From Macrostomum lignano (lineage: Eukaryota): a stretch of DNA of 64,000 nt. The stretch covers positions 1 through 64,000 of the forward strand of contig NIVC01002548.1 of the NCBI GenBank assembly GCA_002269645.1. The letters are read 5' to 3'. Below are positions 1-11,300 of the stretch, piece after piece (within the stretch, counting starts at the first letter, position 1; every line of letters begins with the position of its first letter). The position numbers and the translations under genes are program-made. The notes under the pieces are model-generated. The model was not told the origin of the DNA. It did no database searches and saw nothing but the letters and a program-made list of their open reading frames with translations.

Positions 1-503
1 TCAGGCAAGCCCAGTTGTTGGAAGAAAGGTGCATGTTGCGTAGAAATCATCTTTTGCTCCAATAGTTGGCGATCTCGGGCTTTTTAACTATTCCATGTAA
101 AGCGACATGGCGACAAACTTCTTCATCTCGTCCACGGTCACGTCTTTCTACGCAGAGAACCTTTGAGGCAGGTTTGGCATCGGGATTGGTCCAAGCGCAG
201 AGCTGTTGCAGTAGGTCAGCAGTCAGAAACAGCTTGAAAAACGCAGCTGGATTGTCATCGGCAGTCTCTGGCAAGTCAGGATCCACACCAGGCATTCCCA
301 AGAATTCGGGCTCTGCATCTGGCCATTGATCCTGCCCAGCTTCCCGTGCCACCCAAGCATCATTTGGCAAGCCTCCGGCGTCTTCATTTGGCTGGAGATG
401 CAGGTCCTCCTCTTCTTCATCTTCACCTCATCCGCTGTTAGCCGCCTTCCTCCTCCTCTAGTTCGGAGTCGGTATCCGGATCAAAATGCACTTGAGCAGC
501 CAT
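1..503 (-). pseudogene. Decayed piggyBac-family transposase, 5' part (runs off window start)
   Basis: ATG at 503 (MAAQVHFD), acidic N-terminus, then PAAFFKLFLTADLLQQLCAWTN, (stop)KDVTVDEMKKFVAMSLYM and GIVKKPEIANYWS spread over different frames. These match the PGBD N-terminal FF.LF...TN / W.DVT..EMK.F / KP.I..YWS motifs. Frameshifts and an in-frame TAG are present; no TIR found. Confidence 0.75.
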
Positions 504-1301
504 GACAAACACTGTCCGATACTTGGAAATTATTGCACTAAATAAAGCTGCTGATCGATGATTCAATTAACTAATTGGCACTTGAATTTTATCGTGTAGC
601 TTCAAGCTTTCTTGATTTGATGAATCCCACAATTTTGCTGTGTCATTTATACCCACCCACCCGTCTATCCACCCCACCCCACTTTGTTTTTTGCTTTCAT
701 GTTTATCTTTTATTGCTACAAGTATAAGCTAATCCGCAAGCTACGTTGGTGAATAGAATCCCAACCAAGCACCAAATCCCAATCATTTGAATTCTTGCTC
801 TTATGGTCTGATATCTATAACATATCAGCACGATTATTATTGACACTTGTTGTAAGCTCAAGCCACGAGTGAAGCAGATGCAAATTGACAGCCCATTGTT
901 CGTAGCTTCTTTTCTCGCGCAGAGGCTTGTCCCCAGCAGCCCAGTGGGACAGCTCCATCGCCCGGGGCAACGCGGAATGTCTGGCTAGAACTTTTCCGTC
1001 AATATGTGGTTGTAGGCTGTTTCCTACAGGCAGCTCCGAGAGTGGTAACAGAAATTCAAAGGCTTTCTGGAAAGGAAAGCACTTCGTAGAACACACTGAG
1101 CGTTTTTGGGAGTGGTTGAGAGCCAATGGGCTTAGTGAGCTGTGTGGTTAGTAGAGTGCAGGAGTCTGTACATTGAGTAGCTCTAGCACCTGCAGATGAC
1201 TTTCCCTTCTCCATTGGCTGGGCCATGCTTTTAGTCCATATTTTGTGCGCTTCTGAAGCCAAACTATGGTAAAACAGGCTCGCTTTTTGTTGCACTTTCA
1301 G

Positions 1302-1656
1302 ATCCGACCCAAGCAGAGCCATGAAAGCCAAAGCAAAGCCGGACAAATTGGCCAGCAAGTCGAAGCAGCAAAACGACGGAAAGGCGAGGCAGCAAAAATC
1401 AAAGCAGCCATCGAAGGAGGCCGTGATCAGGTCGAGGTCGGAGCAGCTGCAGCAACAGCAACAGCAGGAGCAGCAGACTTCGCAGCCTCAGGAGACGCCT
1501 CCGGAGCAGCAGCAAGCCAGTAAGCTGAGCGGCTACACCAAAGTTCATCAGGCGATTGACGCGACCCACACTGTGGCGCAGGCGCTGAGTCTGCTTGGCC
1601 TGCGGGAGGCGCCAAAACCCAAGCTGCCAAGGAGGCAGGGAAGGAGGAAAAAGTAA
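1302..1656 (+). CDS. Possible terminal exon of an unknown Lys/Gln-rich protein
   Basis: Strong acceptor ttttgttgcactttcag at 1301, GC-rich open frame (SDPSRAMKAKAKPDK...QQQQ...RRQGRRKK) to TAA 1656; no family recognised, upstream exon not found. Confidence 0.3.
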
Positions 1657-2011
1657 CGACGCGCAGCGTACGAAGTGTCCTGACGACGTACAATTATCAT
1701 TTTTGTGTTTAACATTTCTTTAAACTCTCTTTAGACTCTTTTGTATGGAATTGTATCCGTGTTTCACGGAGCTCCACGGTGTTTTTATTGTCGTGAGAAG
1801 CGTTCAAACAGATATAAATATTTCTGGCAAAAATTTAAATTAGGAAAGGAAACGCGTGAAAAACACTTTGCATTACGACTCGTCAGCCTGTCGAGTTATC
1901 CAATCGAATGCTTAAGCTTTTTCACGCACTGAAGGTGTTTATGATAAAAACGCTTTGATTAGTTCGTATTAAGTACGCTCGTAACTATTCGTCCGTGATG
2001 TGATCTTATTG

Positions 2012-2352
2012 TCACGCCCTCAGATCCGCTTTCTTTCCATTGTCCTTTTTCAAGTCGTAGGCGGTGATAACATCCGGCATGGCTTTCTGTACGTACATCA
2101 TCGGGTCGCGAGGTCCGTCGAGCAGGAAGTGTGTTGTGAGGTGACCAACGCCCTTAACAGTGATGGAGCCCCTGGTCTCAAAGCTGTAGCCTCTCTGTTC
2201 CAGGCCTTCCCGCACGGTTCCCGTCACCTGTATGCGATCTTGAAGTCCGCTGCTCTCCATTCTTGAAGCGATGTTGACCGTGTCGCCCCAGATGTCGTAC
2301 TGGGGCTTGCGCGTGGCGATCACTCCGGCGATTACCACGCCGTGGTTCACTC
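2012..2352 (-). CDS. Adenylyl cyclase exon 11 (C2a end)
   Basis: aacccag|[36 protein letters not shown]...TGA 2012. Confidence 0.95.
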
Positions 2353-5300
2353 CTGGGTTGTAAAGTGCTTAAATTTAAAGTAGAACTTGAACATACGCAG
2401 ATGCGTTACTTCTCAGTCGCAATAATTTTTACACTCGGTGGAGCAACTAACATCCTGATGTTCTTGGCATTCGACAGCTGAACAATCGCAGACAGTTTTA
2501 AGTATCTCTACATCACCACGAGAACTAAAAGTTTAGTCTATCACTTCAATCAATTTATATGGTTTTAATGCGAAAGGTGTGTGCGATTTTCGCTAAATTA
2601 CTTAAGCAGGGAAGGCACAGTTTCAATTACTTTTAAGTGTGACAACATCCCATACTCTATAAAATGTATTCATTTCAGGAAAATCTGAACAAATGACACA
2701 ATACCAAACAGACACAATTGACACAGTAGCAAACAGACACAACTGACACATTACTAAACAGACACAACTGACACAATACCAAACAGACACAACTGACACA
2801 ATACCAAACAGACACAACTGACAAAATAGCAAACAGACACAACTGACACAATACCAAACAGACACAACTGACACAATACCAAACAGACACAACTGACACA
2901 ATACCAAACAGACACAACTGACACAATACCAAACAGACACAACTGACACAATACCAAACATACACAACTGACACAATACCAAACAGACACAACTGACACA
3001 ATACGCTCGTAGCAAACAGACACAACTGACACAATACGCTCGTAGCAAACAGACACAAGATACCAGAGACTAATCAGTGAAGTGGACTCACCGATGCGCA
3101 TCTTGAACGAGGCGAACAGGTTGCGATTGTGAATGCAGATGAGACGCAGCAGGGCGAGAGCAAAATCCGCTGTGTCTTCCAGGTGGCGCTGCCGTTGTTT
3201 CCTGCGCAGCTCCTGGCCGTCGCCCGGGTGCCGCTGGGTGTCGGCAGACAGGCCGGCAGCCGCCATGTAGGTGGAGCCGATAGTTTTAATTTTCTCCACG
3301 CAGCTGAACTGTCGTTGAAGATCGTCGAAATCTGAGATGATCTCGTTGAGCACTAGGCAGCAGGTCTGCTCATCGAATCTAGCCATGTCCATGTAGTACT
3401 CTGAGAAGTTGCAAATGGAAGCGAAGATCACGGTGGTCTCCCAGCAGTGCTCCGAGTAGATTTCCTGCGAGTTGAGAAAGTGCTCGGCCACGTGAGGCGG
3501 CAGGATGTTATTCACAAGCCGTTGATTTTTTCGCTTCATCTTCTCCGTGCTCTTGTTGGCCTCGTAGGCTTGAGATTTCCACATGAAGTCAAGCCGGACG
3601 GTGATCTCCACCAGGTGAGACTGGACCACCACGATGAGCAGAGCGGACAGGATTAACAGGTTGCAGTTGATCCACTGCAGAGGGAAATTATCCCGGTCAG
3701 CGCAGCAGTGCTTCTGCACCAAATCCACGCTGCGAAAGTCCGAATGAAAAGCGAAAAAGCTGGACAGAAGGTAGATGACGAACATGACCAGTCCGATGGC
3801 GGATTTCCACAGGAAACTGCTGTAGGTGAAGCAGGTCAGGCTGAGGATAGACAGCGAGGCCGAAAATGTTGTGTACTGGAAGTTGGGTTGGAAACGGTTT
3901 AGGGATGATTGCAATCGATAACTGGAAAATCTGTGCTGTTTGCCTATTTTGATATTGTTTCAGCTGTGTCAATTTAGTATTGAGTCTGTTTTTGTCTGTT
4001 TAGACTGTTGTGTGTATTTAGTATTGTGTCAGTTGTGTCTGTTTGGTATTGTGTCAGTTGTGTCTGTTTGGTATTGTGTCTGTTTAGACTGTTGTGTGTA
4101 TTTAGTATTGTGTCAGTTGTGTCTGTTTGCTATTGTGTCTGTTTGGTAGTGTGTCAGTTGTGTCTGTTTGGTATTGTGTCAGTTGTGTCTGTTTGGTATT
4201 GTGTCTGTTTGGTAGTGTGTCAGTTGTGTCTGTTTGGTATTGTGTCTGTTTGGTAGTGTGTCAGTTGTGTCTGTTTGGTATTGTGTCTGTTTGGTAGTGT
4301 GTCAGTTGTGTCTGTTTGGTATTGTGTCTGTTTGGTATTGTGTCAGTTGTGTATATTTGGTAGTGTCGAAGCATTGATTTGGTATTGAATGCGACTCGAA
4401 CACAAATACTCTGAAAGCCACAGTCAGATACTCCAAATACTACTAACAGTAGCTTAAATGCGTGCAAACTTGTCTGGCAAATTTAAATTTCACACACAGA
4501 GCTGAACTCTCACCTCGGGCATCGCCAGCTCTGCTCGATGGCAGACTCCGTCTGTCAGTGCACTGCTGCTCAGGCAGTAGGAAGTCCAGTTGCTGTCGTG
4601 TTGGCTGTTGACGTGGTCCTCCAAGTCCAAGCAACCAGTTTGTGTGAACTGTAAACGAATTCTTACGCGAAATATAAATTGCGCTTAACTTCAAAAATTC
4701 AAGGCTTGCATCAAGGTGAGCCATCTGTCGGCTATCTGTCGGTTAACAAATTTATTCGCCAACGAAGTCGAGTTGAAAAAGAGGATTTGGTTGTCCAAAT
4801 CTCAAGGGGTTGCAGCCTAGTGGTCAGAGCGTCGGACACGCGACTTGAAGGTTGAGGGTTCGATTCCCGATCCCACTGGAACAATTTAATGTTCAACCCA
4901 GCTGTAAAATGGGTGCCAGCATTAGCTGGGGTAATTGAGGGTGTGTGACGACGACCCCCCCCCCAGTCCTTGGACTGAAAAGCCGTACGCATCGTTCAGA
5001 TGCGCCGCGCAATAGCTGCGGCTGAGCTGTCGGTTGCACATCTGGCCCAATTATTATTTATTATTATCCAAAGATGGCAAACTTTACAGATCAGGCTTGG
5101 AGCGGCTTGTAACTAATTTGCAGGCTGTCATTGCATGCAGTTAAGTAAATATTACAAATAATTATTTCGCAAAACTGTGTTACCTTGGGAACCAAGATTG
5201 ACACGAGATTAGCCACCATTCCGATCAGTATGGAGCCGTTGACAAAAATTGACCAAATGTGTCCGCTCGCGATTTTCTGAAAAAAAAATAAAAATGTGTC

Positions 5301-8300
5301 AAAATGCTTACCTCTACTATGTAAGTAGACTAATGCGGATTTTAAATTCGCAACTCACCATTCGATCTGTTGTGAAGGCCACAGCGCAGGCGAACAGCGT
5401 GGTTAAGGTGACGAACGAGAACAGGTAAATTGGCACCATGGTCATCGAGCTGGAATGAGCGCGAGTTAATTGGTGAAAAGCATCTCATAAAACCAGCCTA
5501 AATGCTGGATTGTTTGCATTTGATTGGCATTGGGAAATGACAATAAGGGGAAAAAGGCTGAGTTGAGCTATCGACACTTCAGGATTCAAGTCGAGTGCTC
5601 TGCAAAGTTTGCAATAAGCACTTTATGAGTCTCATTTAGAAGAGAGAGCAGGGCTCGTAACAGTTGAAAAATTATGGTCAAGTGAGAGACTTGGAAACTT
5701 CTGCAGTCTGGCTGAAGTCTCATATCCTGGCTGTCTATGGGGATGATGAGCAGCTTTGATTAGCAGGTTGGTCCAAATTTGATGGCACTGTTGCCAAAAC
5801 TAGAAATTCACTCGCTTTAACAGTTCAATATTAGTCCGCACCTCGAATCCACCGCCAGTCTGCATACCCTCAACCTGTCTACCAATCTGTGTCCCTATCT
5901 ACCAATCTGTGTTCCTATCTACCAATCTGTGTTCCTATCTACCAATATGTGTCCCTATCTACCAATCTGTGTTCCTATCTACCAATCTGTGTTCCTATCT
6001 ACCAATATGTGTCCCTATCTACCAATCTGTGTTCCTATCTACCAATCTGTGTTCCTATCTACCAATCTGTGTTCCTATCTACCAATATGTGTCCCTATCT
6101 ACCAATCTGTGTTCCTATCTACCAATCTGTGTTCCTATCTACCAATCTGTGTTCCTATCTACCAATCTGTGTTCCTATCTACCAATCTGTGTTCCTATCT
6201 ACCAATCTGTGTTCCTATCTACCAATCTGTGTTCCTATCTACCAATCTGTGTTCCTATCTACCAATCTGTGTTCCTATCTACCAATCTGTGTTCATATCT
6301 ACCAATCTGTGTCCCTATCTACCAATTTGTCTCCTTATCTTCCTATCTGTTCTCTATATCTACCAATCTAGCTCCCTATCTACCAATTTGTCTTCCTGTC
6401 CCTACCTACCAATCTGTTCTCCCAATCTACCAATCTGTGTCCCTATCCACCAATATGTCTTCCTACCAACCTATACCAATCTGCCTCCCTATCTAGTACA
6501 CATTAATTCACAATCAATTATCTATCTCCAACTATACCCACACTGAACTTACCTACGCTGAGTCAGAATTTGAACGCAAAACGTGCCAGTGAGAAAGGCC
6601 AACAGAAGACAGCTGACTTCAATGGAGAAGTAGGGATCTCTCACGGTGCCGAACTGCAGATAGAGAGTTGCAGCGAAATGAACAAAATATATAAGGATGG
6701 TTAGGCTGTAACTATGAAGTTGACCCAGTTTATAATCCAAACTTTAACTCACACAGTGGGCAATAGTCTGACCTAGACTGTGACCTAGACTGTGACCTAG
6801 TCTGTCAACCAGCCTGTGACCCAGACTGTGACCCAGACTGAGACCCAGACTGTGACCCAGATTACGAGTATGACCCAGACTGTGACTCAGACTGTGACCC
6901 AGACTGTGACCCGGACTGTGACCCAGACTGTGACCTAGTCTGTGACCTAGACTGTGACCCAGACTGAGACCCAGACTGTGACCCAGATTATGACCCAAAC
7001 TGTGACCTAGTCTGTGACCTAGACTGTCAACCAGCCTGTGACCCAGCCTGTGACCCAGACTGAGACCCAGACTGTGACCCAGACTGTGACGTAGTCTGTC
7101 ACCTAGACTGTGACGTAGTCTGTCACCTAGACTGTGACCTAGTCTGTGACCTAGACTGTGACCCAGACTGAGACCCAGACTGTGACCCAGATTATGACCC
7201 AAACTGTGACCCAAACTGTGACCCAAACTGTGACCCAGACTATGGCTTTTATCAACAATAATCCTGATAAAAATATTCCCGACCTTCTTTTCCAGCCGGG
7301 GAAGCTTGAACCGCAGGTTGACGGGGTGGCAGTGCTCCTGGTACAAGCTGTCGATGGTATGAGACTGGATTGCCGAGCTCAACGCTTCGTTGATTACTGC
7401 ATCATTGACGCTTCGAGTTCGGTTGCCGTGATCATCGACTCCCATTCTAGTGGCGATTGTTTAGAGTAGAGTAAAGTCGAGAAGAGTAGAATAGAATAGA
7501 GTAGAGTAGAGTAAAGTAGATAAGAGTAGAGTAGAATAGAGAAGAGTAGAGTAGACAAGAGTAGACTAGAGTAGAGTAGAGTAAAGTAGATAAGAATAGG
7601 GTAGAGTAGAGTAGAGTAGAGTAGAGAGTAGAGTAGACTAGACTAGACTAGACTAGACTAGAGTAGAGTAGAGTAGAGTAGAGTAGAGTAGAGTAGAGTA
7701 GACTAGACTAGACTAGACTAGACTAGACTAGACTAGACTAGACTAGACTAGAGTAAACTAAAGTAGAGTAGAGTAAGGAGTAGAGTAGAATAGACTAGAC
7801 TAGAGTAGACTAGACTAGAGTAGAGTAGAGAAGAGTAGAGTAGAATAGAGCAGAGAAGAAACAAGCAGACTAGAGCAGAGAGTAGAATAGACAGTAGCAA
7901 AGCACCAATGAAGCCAGGTATGCAAAAGCAAAACTGACCCAGCCACCTTTTATGAATGTGAGATGCCGGCCGCCTTCCCTGACCAGCAGGTTCTGCTGCA
8001 TCGCCGCAGTGCTGAGGCTGCTGCTGCTGGTCAGCCGGCACCACCAGAAAAGTTTTCACCCGATGCTCTCTCAGATAAGCGTGCCGGCTTTCACCTTCGC
8101 CGTCCTCAAAGCTGTAATCTCCGCCGAGGCTGTCGCGGGTCACCTCGGTGATGTGCACCCGGCCAGGCCGGCCGCTGGACTCCAGGATCTCCGCCAGGTA
8201 GACGTCGCCCGACCAGACGTCGAACTGCAGTTTGTCGCGGCCGAGAACTCCGCAGATCACCGTGCCGGTGTGAATACCGACTCTCATGTCCACCGGGGCG

Positions 8301-11300
8301 TTGGTCATCACGCGGACTAGTCTGCCGATATGTATCGATAATAGAATTAAAGCCAAGCAGATTTAAAAAATTTGCCGATATGTATCGAAGTTAAAATAAA
8401 ATCCTGTCTATTATACATGGCCTATCTTATATAAATGTTCCCGTATATAGGGTTTGCCAATTAGGAGCCGTAGCCCAGTGGTCCAGCGCGGCGCTCTGAT
8501 GTACCAGCGGCCCAGGCTCGATTCCCAGTGTAGCCACACATTAATTTGGGGCTAAATTGGAATCTCGGCTTGGCTCTGCTCGGGCAATTAACGCCCTTGA
8601 GAACCAACCCCCCCCAAGGCGCAGTGAAGTGTACATGCCTAACGATAAATAAAGTCGGGGCCACTGTACACTCCTGTGTGAGTGCCTGTGCGTATGACTG
8701 CGTACGTGTCTGGGCGCTTGTGTGCCTGCTCAGGGGAGTCGGCGGAATGGGCAGTAATGCCTCTCGCCGGTTGTGTGACAATTTCGCCTAAAGTGCGCTT
8801 AAAGTCCCCTTTGCTGGCTGCCTCTAGGTTAGCCAGTTTAGGAGTTTTACCGATATGTATCGAAAGTCAATTTAAATTACACGTTCAATATGTATCGAAG
8901 ATTGAGTGGGAATAACACTCATTTTCAAACATTGCCGATATGTATCAAAACTGAGCTTACTCATAAATCATTTTCAAGCTCGTACTCGTATTTTAATAAG
9001 TCATGAGCATAAACTGACACTTTAAAATTTTATTAGCCCGCCCAGGCAGTCATATTTTATCGATGATGAAGAGCTGCTCCACAGTCCAATAAATTATGCT
9101 GGAGTTCGGCCTGAAGCCGGGGCTGCCGTCCGAAATTCGGGACTCCCGCTGAATCTGGGCCGCTGTGCCCAGGATTTGGACCGCAACAGCATGTACAGTC
9201 TGAGCCATGTGGGCTGGCCTTCATGGGTGTGAATTGACAGACCCCCCCCAAGCACCAAACGAACGCGTTTACGCACAAAATCCAACCAAGGGCCGTGTGG
9301 TGCAAAAGTCAAAAATAAAATTTCAAGCTCATGAAACTTTAAGCTTGTGAAAGTCGCACGAAAAAAAACTGGTGCTGATGATATCGAATGTCACATCGTC
9401 GAAGGCACTAAACTTTAATAATCTTAATTATTAAAACGTTTGAGGCCCACTCACGATATGGTGGAGATCATGTCCAAGCCCATCTCAACGCAGCACTTGG
9501 CGTGGTCGGCCCTGGGTTCCGGCAGTCCGGACACGCAGTAGTAGCAGTCACCCAGCAGCTTGATCCGCAGGCAGTTGTTGCTTTCAGCCAGCTGGTCGAA
9601 TCTGGCAAACAGAACGTTGAGCAGCCGGACGATGAACTCCGGGTCGTTCTGACGACACAGCGTGGTGAAACCGCAGATGTCCGCAAACAGAATGCTGGAA
9701 ATGCCGAGTCATCTTGGTTCAATTCTGTGCATTCAAAAAACTAATCATTGATTAGTTATCGAGCCAGCATGACACACTGTAGCACTGACGCATAGTTCTC
9801 ATTCATGGTCATTGTGACACGAGGCGAAGTCGGAATTTTGCAGGAAATTTGAAGAGGCCATCAAGATAAGTCGAGTGCTTAGGTCGAAGTGCATAAGTAA
9901 CTCTCTGGGATTTTAGAGATGCCGACAGCCTTGAGAGCTGAAAATTAGCTGCTTAAGGATTAAGAAGTTCTTAATGACGACAGGTAAAAGTCTCAGTCAG
10001 AGCCGGCTACGGCCTGTTGACCTGAGTTTGAGGGAGTTATTCGCACTGCATAGTCTCTGCAGTTCCGCCCTTTGCTTGCCTCATCCTCTTTAGGCTCTCC
10101 TTCTCCGTCTAAAGCTGTCTGTTTTCACTTCGTGACTCCGACTTTGAATTTTCATTTCCAGCATCTTTGCTCGTCCCCTCTTGTTCCTCGTTCAGCCTCC
10201 ACCAGAGATTAATATAGCCTGCATAATAAGTGTACACCAGGCAATGCAGCTACACCTGCCAAAGTCAACGAATCAAAAAAACAGCCCGACCCAGCTTGTG
10301 AAATGCAAACATGCAGCTACTGTATGCATGAAGTAGAAAGTTCCACTTTAACTATTTTATATTTGTACGAATTCTCTTTTGGCTACCAGTTTAGAAGATG
10401 TTTAATCTAGTGGGTAAAGTGGGTATAGTAAGCCTCAGCATTAGCTTCAGAAGTTGCTAAAATCAAAATTAGATTGTATCTTACTTAAGTACGAAAGGTA
10501 CTTAAATATACTTCAGTATTATTCATTTTTCGCACTCAGTCATGCGTACAAAAAATTCAGATGTACATTTGGCCTTCGCTGGGGGGGGGACGAAATTCAG
10601 ATGTACATTTGGCCTTCGCGGGGGGGGACGAAATTCAGATGTACATTTGGCCTTCGCGGGGGGGGACGAAATTCAGATGTACATTTGGCCTTCGCGGGGG
10701 GGATGAAATTCAGATGTACATTTAGCCTTCGCGGGGGGACGAAATTCAGATGTACATTTGGCCTTCGCGGGGGGACGAAATTCAGATGTACATTTGGCCT
10801 TCGCGGGGACGAAATTCAGATGTACATTTGGCTATATACTTGATCTTGGTCTATATACCAAGAAATTGATTAATTAAACAAAACATTAAAAACAAAACAC
10901 GTCTTAGAAACCGAATGTTGCTACTCACCTAACATTTTCATGTCTCTGTATGTAAACTTTGTTAAACATCGATCTGTGCGCTGGATTCTTCTCGGGATGT
11001 AGCAGCGGAGACGCCACGTACTCCGGCAGAAGCGACAGTATCAAACGGTCCTTGGGTAAATCAGTTTGTTAATTTTACTATTACATTTTTATACAGAAGA
11101 ACGTTACAATCGTCATTTTTTACTCCTCTTGACTGAGCGGGTGCTGTTTATCCCGAATCGATTTAAGGATCTGTGGTGACCACTAGGAATGATTCGAAAG
11201 TTGCTACGCAAGAAAACCATTGAAGAAAAAGTAATTAATTCCCTTTGGTTTTTGCAGGGCTTCTCGTGTGAGGAAAAGTATCAGCAAGAAATCATTGAGT

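Noticed and set aside
4806-4880. Possible tRNA genes at 4806, 8464, 16481 and 21088
   Set aside because: A/B boxes are present but no complete cloverleaf or oligo-T terminator; each continues into a shared repeat body, so they are SINE heads.
9057-9312. GC-rich stretch in cyclase intron 4 as an extra exon
   Set aside because: Exons 4 and 5 join in phase and give an uninterrupted C1a domain; no cyclase-like sequence in any frame.
9371-9410. CTGATGA as a hammerhead ribozyme core
   Set aside because: No proper stem II and the downstream core reads GAAG instead of GAAA.
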